Positions 35,036 to 42,517 of a stretch of DNA of 60,029 nt are shown here, piece by piece (the first letter of the stretch is position 1; each line of letters begins with the position of its first letter). The stretch is from a virus (lineage: Duplodnaviria > Caudoviricetes): the IMG/VR virus record IMGVR_UViG_3300036861_000473; one strand, 5' to 3'. The translations under genes were made by a program, and so were the position numbers. The notes beneath the pieces are model-generated. The model ran no database searches, was not told the origin of the DNA, and was given only the letters and a program-made list of their open reading frames with translations.

Positions 35036-35740
35036 ATGCCGCCCACTGTCGTGGCCGTCGGCGTGGTCGACTCGGCCACCCCATGGGTTCCGGGCCTGCC
35101 AGCCGGGTGGGCGCAAGACGATGTTCTGCTGATCGTCGGGGAGAACACCGGCGGGGAGCCGGCGCAGGCGGCGACCGGGTACGCCCACGTCACCGGCAGC
35201 CCCGTCGTTGAGGGTGTCAACACGCAGCTCAACGTGCTGTGGAAACGCGCAACAGCATCGGAGTCCGCCCCGACCGTCACCGGTCCGAGCAACCACGCCG
35301 TCACCCGCATGATCGCCATCCGTGGCTGCCCGCTCTCAGGGAACCCGTGGAACGTGGTCGCCGCGGCGGTCGAGGCGACCTCGGACACGTCGGCGACCTG
35401 GCCGGGGGTGACGACCACCAGCGACGACTGCCTGATCCTGGAGATCATCGCCACCGGCGCGGACATCGCCACCGCACAGCTGGGTGCGCTCACCAACGCG
35501 AACTACTCGAACATCGTGGAGCAGATGGACAACTGGGTCACCACCGGCGCTGGTGGTGGGATCGGTCTGGTCTCGGCGACCAAGGCGACCAAGGGCGCGA
35601 CCGGCCAGAGTACGGCCACGATCACCACCGCGAGCAGCAAGGCGCTGATGACCCTGGCGTTCCCGCCCGGCCCACCACCACCCGCAGGGCGGTTCGGGCG
35701 CTACCACCCCCAGCAGCTCGGCTCCCAACCGTGGCGATAG
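35036..35740 (+). CDS. Putative virion appendage protein
   Basis: PAGWAQDDVLLI...WKRATASESAP; Thr-rich. Confidence 0.7.
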   Translation: MPPTVVAVGVVDSATPWVPGLPAGWAQDDVLLIVGENTGGEPAQAATGYAHVTGSPVVEGVNTQLNVLWKRATASESAPTVTGPSNHAVTRMIAIRGCPLSGNPWNVVAAAVEATSDTSATWPGVTTTSDDCLILEIIATGADIATAQLGALTNANYSNIVEQMDNWVTTGAGGGIGLVSATKATKGATGQSTATITTASSKALMTLAFPPGPPPPAGRFGRYHPQQLGSQPWR

Positions 35741-35749
35741 GAGGCCGGG

Positions 35750-35968
35750 ATGGTGGCGCTGCCGTACCTGTCGATGACCCTGCCGTGTGATGTCTGTGCT
35801 GGAAACGTACCGGTTCGTTCGACGTATGTGTGCTCGGCGTGTGGCGCGACCGTTCACCAGCGTTGTGGTCGGATGGTGGAGATCACCCCGGCGAGTGCTC
35901 ATTTTCTGTGTGCTGCATGCCTGGAGGGATGGAGGGCCCGCCGTGGATTTGCCGTTCGACCTGCCTGA
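35750..35968 (+). CDS. C4HC3 (PHD-finger pattern) zinc-finger protein
   Basis: CDVC-x11-CSAC-x4-H-x2-C-x12-FL-CAAC; AGGAGG RBS; lower GC. Confidence 0.65.
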   Translation: MVALPYLSMTLPCDVCAGNVPVRSTYVCSACGATVHQRCGRMVEITPASAHFLCAACLEGWRARRGFAVRPA

Positions 35969-36209
35969 TGGGTCCGCCCTGATCGAGTTGTCCCCCGATG
36001 TGTTCCCGCGGCTGGACGGCCATGAGCTGGTGGCGAGCTGGCATGTCGGCGGCCCCGACTACATGCTGCCTCCCGACCTGAGCGTCGCTGGTCTCCTCGG
36101 CGACGTGGACGCGGTGACGGTCACCGTGCATCAGCGGTACGAGACCGGACGGCTGGTCCCCAACACCTACGAGATCGGCGTGTGGAGGCGGGTGGCTGAT
36201 GGCGGCTGA
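35943..36209 (+). CDS. Hypothetical protein
   Basis: GGAGGG RBS before GTG. Confidence 0.6.
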   Translation: MDLPFDLPDGSALIELSPDVFPRLDGHELVASWHVGGPDYMLPPDLSVAGLLGDVDAVTVTVHQRYETGRLVPNTYEIGVWRRVADGG

Positions 36210-36651
36210 GCTCGGCAACGTCTACACCATCCGGCAGACCGCCACGATCTTGACCGCGATCACGATCATCCAGGCGGTGGCGTCCGCGACCAAGCCGCTG
36301 GTCATGATTCGCGGGTGGGTGACCGAGTCCGCGTCGCCGACCGCCGCGCAGGCCGGCATCGAGATCGTCCGCAAGAGCGCCGCCGGGACCACCACCGCGA
36401 TCACTCCCGTCCCGGTGCGCCCGTCGCAGGGCACCGTCAGCGCGACCGCGGGGCACAACGCCACCGCGGAGGGGACCGTCACTGACGTGCACGACGGGGA
36501 GGGCATGAACGTGGTCAACGGGTGGCTGTGGCTGCCAACCCCCGACGAGCAGATCGTCGTCCCGGCCTCCGGGATTCTTGGGAGCCGGTTCGCTGCGGCG
36601 CCGGCCACGCAGACGTGGCGGTATGGCTGGACGTTCGTGGAGATCGGCTAG
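36199..36651 (+). CDS. Putative virion structural protein
   Basis: Beta-rich, WLWLPTPDE motif. Confidence 0.7.
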   Translation: MAAELGNVYTIRQTATILTAITIIQAVASATKPLVMIRGWVTESASPTAAQAGIEIVRKSAAGTTTAITPVPVRPSQGTVSATAGHNATAEGTVTDVHDGEGMNVVNGWLWLPTPDEQIVVPASGILGSRFAAAPATQTWRYGWTFVEIG

Positions 36652-36670
36652 CCCAGGGGGAGGCTAGCCC

Positions 36671-38383
36671 ATGCCCGTCCGCGGCTACTACGGCAAGCTC
36701 CGCAAGCGGTATCAGGCCGAAGCTACCGCTGTCCGGAATCAGCGTCGCATGCGGGCGCTGGACCCGGGCATTCTCCCGGTCCCCCTGCAGGTCGCGGGGT
36801 TGCGGCTGTGGCTGGCCGCCGACCTGATCAGTGGCCTGTCCGGCGGTGCCGCCGTGGCGACTTGGGCGGATGCGAGCGGCCGCGCAAACGACGCGACGCA
36901 GGGGACCGGCGCCAACCAGCCCACCTACCAGACCGCCGTCATCAATGGCCTGCCGGTCGTCCGGTTCGACGGCAGCAACGACTGCCTGCTCCTAGCCACC
37001 AGCGACCTGCTCGCCGCGACCAACGCGATCGGTGCGATCAGCTTTTTCGCGGTCGCCAAGCTGAGCGCGACCGCCGCGACCACCAACGACTACCTGTCGA
37101 TCTCCACCGGCACCGCCGCCAACTCGGCCCGCCTCAAGGCGGGGCAGCGCGCCCCCGCCGGGTCGGGGGTGTGGGGGATGACCGCCCGCCGCCTCGACGC
37201 CGACGCGGCCGCCAACATCGAAGATGCAAACGACGACACCGCCTGGCATGTCCATTCGGCGATCATGGACTACGTCAACGGCGACGGGTTCCTCAACCTC
37301 GACGGGACGCAGATCGGGTCGAACCTGGCGCTGACCAGCTCGGGGACGACGTCGGCGACCAACGCGCTCGCCGCTGCGGTCGGTGGCCGCGCGGATGGGC
37401 TCGGGGAGTTCTGGGCTGGCGACATCGCCGAGCTGATCATGTACGTCGGCGCTGCCAAGATCGCCGACGCGGACCGGGACCTGGTCACCAACTACCTGCT
37501 CACCAAGTACGCCATCACCGGTGGTGGTCAGGCCAGCTCCGGCGCGGCATCCGGCGAGCAGCGCACCGCCGGCACCAGTGTGGGCGTCAAGGGCGCCGCC
37601 GGCGCCACGGCCAGCGCGCAGCGGGTGTCGGGGCTGTCGACCGGCAGCAAGGGCGCCGGCGGCGCCACGCAAGGGCAGGCCCGGACCGCAGGGCTGGTCG
37701 CGGGCCGCAAGCAAGCCGCCGGGGCGACGGTCGGGGAGCAGCGCACCACCGGGCTCGCGGTCCGTGGCGCGCCGTTCGCCACCGGAGCGACCAGTGGCCA
37801 GCAACGCGTCACCGGCCAGAGCGCCGGGACCAAAGGCGCCGCTGGCGCGCAGAGCGGCCAGCAGCGCACCGCCGGGCTGGTCGCGGTCCGCAAGCAGGCC
37901 CTGGCAGGCACCAGCGGCGCCCAGCGCAGCGTCGGTACAGCGTCGGCGCGCAAGCAGGCGCTCGGCGCGACCGTCGGGGAGCAGCGCACCACCGGGCTGG
38001 CCACGACCGCCCCACCGCCACCGTCGGCCGGGACGGTCGGGCAGCAGCGGGTCACCGGCCTGTCGACGGGCCGCAAGGGCGCCATCAGCACCCAGAGCGG
38101 CCAGCAGCGCACGACCGGCGCGACCGCGGGGATCCACCGCGCCGTCGGTGCCACCAGCGGCCAGCAGAGGATAGGCGCCACCACCGCCGGGGCGAAGGGC
38201 GGCCGGGGTGCGACGGTCGGGCAGCAGCGGACCGCAGGCACAGCAGGAATGGGGCTGCCGGTCGTCCCCGGCCACGGCACCATCACGCTCGGCCCGCCCG
38301 CCGGCGCCGGCGGTGTCGCCCTCCAGCCGGCCAGCGGCAGCGTCGCGTTGGAGCCTGCCAGCGGAAAGGTGACCATCGGATGA
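36671..38383 (+). CDS. LamG/concanavalin-like head plus about 12 x 20-aa repeat stalk (fibre)
   Basis: LRLWLAAD...VATWADASG...NGLPVVRFDG...GDIAELIMY...NYLLTKY, then GAxxGQQRxxG repeats. Confidence 0.75.
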   Translation: MPVRGYYGKLRKRYQAEATAVRNQRRMRALDPGILPVPLQVAGLRLWLAADLISGLSGGAAVATWADASGRANDATQGTGANQPTYQTAVINGLPVVRFDGSNDCLLLATSDLLAATNAIGAISFFAVAKLSATAATTNDYLSISTGTAANSARLKAGQRAPAGSGVWGMTARRLDADAAANIEDANDDTAWHVHSAIMDYVNGDGFLNLDGTQIGSNLALTSSGTTSATNALAAAVGGRADGLGEFWAGDIAELIMYVGAAKIADADRDLVTNYLLTKYAITGGGQASSGAASGEQRTAGTSVGVKGAAGATASAQRVSGLSTGSKGAGGATQGQARTAGLVAGRKQAAGATVGEQRTTGLAVRGAPFATGATSGQQRVTGQSAGTKGAAGAQSGQQRTAGLVAVRKQALAGTSGAQRSVGTASARKQALGATVGEQRTTGLATTAPPPPSAGTVGQQRVTGLSTGRKGAISTQSGQQRTTGATAGIHRAVGATSGQQRIGATTAGAKGGRGATVGQQRTAGTAGMGLPVVPGHGTITLGPPAGAGGVALQPASGSVALEPASGKVTIG

Positions 38384-39282
38384 GCGCCCCCACCAACCTG
38401 TCCTACGACATCGGCGACGCCGTCCCGCTCGTCTACACCATCAGCCAGGCCGCCACGGTCGTGCTCACGGTCACCGATCCTGACGGGGTCACGTCCACTC
38501 CGGGCACCACACAGGGTGTCGGCCCGCCGGCAACCCCAGGCGGCCCGGCGACGGTGACCTACACGGCCAACGTGCCCGCGACTAAGGCGGGCCCCTGGCG
38601 TGCCACGTTCGTGGCCACCGGCACGGTCACCGACACCGAAGAACAGATCTTCATCGTCCGCCGGCCGGTCGCCGCCGACATCTACTGCACCATCGGCCAG
38701 ATCCTCGAACAGGCCGGCGCCGACGCCGACAACCTGCCCGAGCCGCTGCTGCGCCGCGCCGTCCAGGCCACCTCCCGCGCGATCGACCGGGCCACCGGCC
38801 GCCGCTTCTGGCCCGACCTCACCCCAACCATCCGCCTGTACCGGCCCCGCAGCCACACCAGCGTGATCACCCACGACATCGCCACCACGACCGGGCTGGC
38901 CGTGGCGACCGACGAGGCCGGGAACGGCACCTACTCGACCATCTGGGCGCCCAGCGACTACCAGCTGGAACCGTTGGACGCGGCAGCGGACGGGGAACCG
39001 TGGTGGCTGATCCGCGCGGTCGGCGACCGCCGGTTCCCCGTCCGGGACCGGCGGCGTGCCACGTTGCAGGTGACCGCCCGGTTCGGCTGGCTGACCATCC
39101 CCGACGACGTCAACCAGGCCGCCATCTTGAAGGCCACCAAGCTGTTCAAACGGCGAGAGTCGCCGGATGGGTTCGCCTCGGGGATGGGCGAGTACGGCCC
39201 GGTCCGCATCAGCCGCTACGAAGACCCGGACGCCTGGCTGCTGCTCGGCAACGTCATGCGCTACTCGACCCCGGAGACCTAG
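38380..39282 (+). CDS. Head-tail adaptor/connector with N-terminal Ig-like extension
   Basis: YCTI...SRAIDRATGRRF...VTARFGW..IPDDVNQA...RRESPDG. Confidence 0.82.
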   Translation: MSAPTNLSYDIGDAVPLVYTISQAATVVLTVTDPDGVTSTPGTTQGVGPPATPGGPATVTYTANVPATKAGPWRATFVATGTVTDTEEQIFIVRRPVAADIYCTIGQILEQAGADADNLPEPLLRRAVQATSRAIDRATGRRFWPDLTPTIRLYRPRSHTSVITHDIATTTGLAVATDEAGNGTYSTIWAPSDYQLEPLDAAADGEPWWLIRAVGDRRFPVRDRRRATLQVTARFGWLTIPDDVNQAAILKATKLFKRRESPDGFASGMGEYGPVRISRYEDPDAWLLLGNVMRYSTPET

Positions 39283-39284
39283 AG

Positions 39285-39545
39285 ATGACCCTGCGGCAGC
39301 TCAAAATCACCGCTCCCACTGGCTTCGGCCGGCCCGCCACAGTCGAGCTCGATGGCGAGCCCATTGGGCAGGACCTGCGTGGCGTCGACCTGCGCATCGA
39401 CGCGGACGAGATCGTCACGGCGACGCTCCACCTACTCCATGTGGCCAGCGAGTTCAACGGTCAGGCCGCCGTGACGCTGCCGGAGGAGACCCAGGCGCTC
39501 CTCAAGCGGTTGGGCTGGACCCCACCGGCCGAGGACGGCGGCTGA
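39285..39545 (+). CDS. Hypothetical protein
   Basis: GC3-rich ORF in operon. Confidence 0.6.
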   Translation: MTLRQLKITAPTGFGRPATVELDGEPIGQDLRGVDLRIDADEIVTATLHLLHVASEFNGQAAVTLPEETQALLKRLGWTPPAEDGG

Positions 39546-39546
39546 G

Positions 39547-39963
39547 GTGCCCCCCCCGCCATCCCTCGAGGCGATCCTCGGGGCGATCGAGACACGCCTG
39601 GACACCATCCAGGGCCTGTCGGTCGGTGACATGGTGCCCGCCGCGATCAACCCGCCCCAGGCGGTGGTCGGCGTGCCCGAGATCGGCGACTACCACACCG
39701 GGGTGGCGGCGCTTCGGACGGTCCTGCGGCCCACCATCACCGTGCTGGTCTCCTCCGCGATGACCGCGCTCGGCCAGCATCAGCTGGCCCGCTACGCCGA
39801 CCTGGCCGGCCCCCAGTCGATCCCCGCGCTGATCCTGGCTGATCGCACGCTCGGTGGGGTGGTCAGCGACTGCCTGGTCCGCAGCTTCCGCCCGCTCGGC
39901 CTCCAGGATGTCGGCATCGTCGGCTACTTCGGCGGCGTGTTCACCCTCAGCCTCAACCCCTGA
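39547..39963 (+). CDS. Putative tail terminator/completion protein
   Basis: INPPQAVVG...ADRTLGGVV; position. Confidence 0.7.
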   Translation: MPPPPSLEAILGAIETRLDTIQGLSVGDMVPAAINPPQAVVGVPEIGDYHTGVAALRTVLRPTITVLVSSAMTALGQHQLARYADLAGPQSIPALILADRTLGGVVSDCLVRSFRPLGLQDVGIVGYFGGVFTLSLNP

Positions 39964-40092
39964 TCTGGCGCTGCCGGGCCCGGTCGCCCACCTCCGGGAT
40001 GGTGCGACACGCACCGGCCATCAGCCCGGGTCGCCCGCGGGCCTCCCGGCAGCAGGCGAAGCCTACCAGCCATACCACCTGAAAGGAGCAGC

Positions 40093-40443
40093 ATGGCTGC
40101 TTTGGTTACCAACGTTGCGCCGCTGAGCGGGCTCGCGCTGTCCACGCTGCTGGCCGCGGCCAGCACACCCGCCAACGGCGACGACTACGAGACCGGCCCG
40201 GGCCTGTTCCTGCTCGTGCAGAACGGCGGCGGCTCACCGATCACGGTCACGCTGGTCACCCCCGAGCTGGTCGACGGGGACCTGACCGTCGCCGACCGCA
40301 CCTCCGTGTCCATCCCGGCGACCGCTGGCCTGGCGATGATCCCGCTCACCCAGCGGTACCGCGACCCGGCCACCGGCCGCGGCACCGTGACCTTCTCCTC
40401 GACGACCAGCGTCAAGGCGATCGTCGTGCGGACGCTGATCTGA
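40093..40443 (+). CDS. Virion structural protein
   Basis: LLVQNGGGSPITVT; GAAAGGAG RBS. Confidence 0.7.
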   Translation: MAALVTNVAPLSGLALSTLLAAASTPANGDDYETGPGLFLLVQNGGGSPITVTLVTPELVDGDLTVADRTSVSIPATAGLAMIPLTQRYRDPATGRGTVTFSSTTSVKAIVVRTLI

Positions 40444-40444
40444 G

Positions 40445-40846
40445 ATGGGCGTCCGCATGCGCCACCCCGACCTCGAGCAGGAGATCGAGGTCGCCCCGTC
40501 GGCGGTGCCACATCATCAGCGGGTCGGCTGGGTGGAGATCGAAGGGCAGACCGAGCAGGGCGAGCGGTGGCCTGCGGAGCTGCAACGGTTCGAGGGGCAG
40601 CAGCAGATCCGCATGCGCCACCCCGACCTGGAGGGCACCCAGATCACCGTCGCCGCCTCAGCGGCCCCCATGCACCTGGAGCGCGGCTGGTACGTCGTCC
40701 CCGACGAAAACGCGCCGCCGGCGGCCCCACGTGAGCCGGAGGCGGGCGCAGACGACCAGCCGCACACTCCGGCACCCCCCGCTCGGGAGAAGCCCTCCAG
40801 TCGCCGCCGTGCCAGCAGCAGCAGCCAGTCCAGCAAGGAGGAGTAG
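40445..40846 (+). CDS. Protein with duplicated RMRHPDLE...GW domain
   Basis: Internal repeat visible in the translation. Confidence 0.7.
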   Translation: MGVRMRHPDLEQEIEVAPSAVPHHQRVGWVEIEGQTEQGERWPAELQRFEGQQQIRMRHPDLEGTQITVAASAAPMHLERGWYVVPDENAPPAAPREPEAGADDQPHTPAPPAREKPSSRRRASSSSQSSKEE

Positions 40847-41329
40847 ATGCCCGCCACTCCAATGACCGCGTCGGCCCGATACTCACCGATCGGGATCACC
40901 AAGGTCTACTTCTGCTCGGCGATCGCCAACAAGTCCGCCCCCACCCGCGCGGAGCTCAACGCCGGCACCGAGCTGAGCGGCGAGATCTCCGACATTGGCG
41001 GCTGGGAGCCGACCAGCGACTCGATCGACACCCCCGACCTGGCCAACCGGTTCGTCGGCAGCGTGCCCGGCCGGATCAAGGCCGACGAGTCCTCCCTCAC
41101 CTTCTACCGCTCCTCCAACTCGGTCGACGTGCGCGGCCTGCTCCCCCGCGACACGGTCGGCTTCATCGTGTTCCTCGACGAGGGCGACGTCGCCGCCCGG
41201 AAAATGGACGTGTTCCCGGTCACGGTCGCCTCCGCGCCGAAGGACCGCAGCATGGAAGAGGCGGGCCGGATCGTCGTCAACTTCAAGATCTCCAGCACCC
41301 CGGCCGAGAACGTCACCATCCCCGCCTAG
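40847..41329 (+). CDS. Major tail (tube) protein
   Basis: PTRAELNAG...IDTPDL..RF...GR...DVFPV. Confidence 0.85.
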   Translation: MPATPMTASARYSPIGITKVYFCSAIANKSAPTRAELNAGTELSGEISDIGGWEPTSDSIDTPDLANRFVGSVPGRIKADESSLTFYRSSNSVDVRGLLPRDTVGFIVFLDEGDVAARKMDVFPVTVASAPKDRSMEEAGRIVVNFKISSTPAENVTIPA

Positions 41330-41334
41330 CTCTG

Positions 41335-41802
41335 ATGGCGACAGTTCGGGTCAACCGCAACCTGGAGGCCGAGCTGACCGGCCACCTCGGGGAGGGTGGG
41401 CCGCTGGAGCGGGCGCTTGGCGACTTCGCCGACGAGATCGCCATCGAAGGGCAGTGGATCGCACGCCGCGAGTTCTACCGCACCGGCGCCTACATGGACT
41501 CCATCGAGGCCGAGAGCGGCATGAACGAGCATGGTGAGCTGGTTGGCCGGGTGTATGCGACCGATTTCAAGGCGCACTGGGCCGAGTTCGGCACCCAACA
41601 CATGGCCGCCCGTCACATCCTGGCCCGGGCCGCGCAGCGGGTCGGCTTCCGGGTCCTCGTCGAGGGGACGCTTGGCACGTTCGGCCCGCCGACGCTGCTT
41701 GCGGTCAAGGCGATCGGTAGGCGGCGCCGCCGGCAGATCGGCGGCCGCCGGCAACGCGCGATCAGCGGGTCAACCGGGCGCCGCGCGATCACAGGAAGGT
41801 AG
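41335..41802 (+). CDS. HK97 gp10-like tail protein
   Basis: RTGAYMDSI...HWAEFGT..MAARHIL. Confidence 0.75.
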   Translation: MATVRVNRNLEAELTGHLGEGGPLERALGDFADEIAIEGQWIARREFYRTGAYMDSIEAESGMNEHGELVGRVYATDFKAHWAEFGTQHMAARHILARAAQRVGFRVLVEGTLGTFGPPTLLAVKAIGRRRRRQIGGRRQRAISGSTGRRAITGR

Positions 41803-41807
41803 AAGCG

Positions 41808-42227
41808 ATGGCCACGCTGGATCTCAACGCACGACGGGCCGCCCGCAGCGAAGCCGAGAACACCCCACATGAGCTGACGCTCGGCCACGACAAGGACGGC
41901 AACCCGCTGGTGTTCAAACTCAAGCCGCGGATGCCGGTCGAGTACATGGATCTGCTCCAGGCGGACCGGGGCGGCGCGGCGTTGCAGCTGCTGCTGGTCG
42001 ACCCGGACCAGTGGGAGTTGCTCCGCGGGGCAGAACCCGACGTCGGCGAGCTGGAGGCGATCACCCGGCTGTACACGATGAGCTCGGGGGAATCCGCTGG
42101 CTCGCCGAGGTTCTCGACCAACGGTGGGCCGAACTCGAATGCGCCTTCCAGGCCTACTACCGACTCGATCTTGCCGGTGTCTGCTGGGGAGCGGGCGCTG
42201 TTGGCGTCCGACGGATCTTCACCCTGA
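41808..42227 (+). CDS. Tail assembly chaperone (G); -1 frameshift gives a G-T product ending at 42340
   Basis: Upstream of TMP; GGGGGAA at 42086-42092; the -1 frame reads ...ECAFQAYYRLDL...LIRGLP. Confidence 0.8.
   Translation: MATLDLNARRAARSEAENTPHELTLGHDKDGNPLVFKLKPRMPVEYMDLLQADRGGAALQLLLVDPDQWELLRGAEPDVGELEAITRLYTMSSGESAGSPRFSTNGGPNSNAPSRPTTDSILPVSAGERALLASDGSSP
42086..42092 (+). other. Programmed -1 frameshift slippery site GGGGGAA
   Basis: TCG GGG GAA in the chaperone frame, open -1 frame downstream. Confidence 0.75.
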
Positions 42228-42253
42228 TCCGTGGTCTGCCGCTGGACCTTGAG

Positions 42254-42433
42254 TTAGCGGGCTACCAGCAGCGCCACCCAGATCGCCGCGGCCACCCCCA
42301 GCACGATCGGTATGGCCATCAGTATCAGCGCGCACCCTGACCCGCGCACAGCCCACGTCGCCGACCGTTCCGCCTTGTGTGCCTGTCGTTCCACCTCGGC
42401 CAGGTGCTCGTCGCGGCTCTTGCCGTCTGCCAT
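42254..42433 (-). CDS. Antisense small membrane protein (candidate superinfection exclusion)
   Basis: 59 aa with C-terminal TM helix; GGAAGGGGG RBS; CATACT -10 upstream. Confidence 0.65.
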   Translation of the reverse strand: MADGKSRDEHLAEVERQAHKAERSATWAVRGSGCALILMAIPIVLGVAAAIWVALLVAR

Positions 42434-42517
42434 CTGATCCCCCTTCCCTCGTCCGCAGTATGACCCGTCCGCGTCGGCTGTGACGCTGGGGTCATTCGAC
42501 CATGATCGGGAGTCCCT

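Noticed and set aside
37540-38250. Regularly spaced ~60-nt repeats as CRISPR-like array
   Set aside because: Degenerate in-frame coding repeats of a fibre protein.
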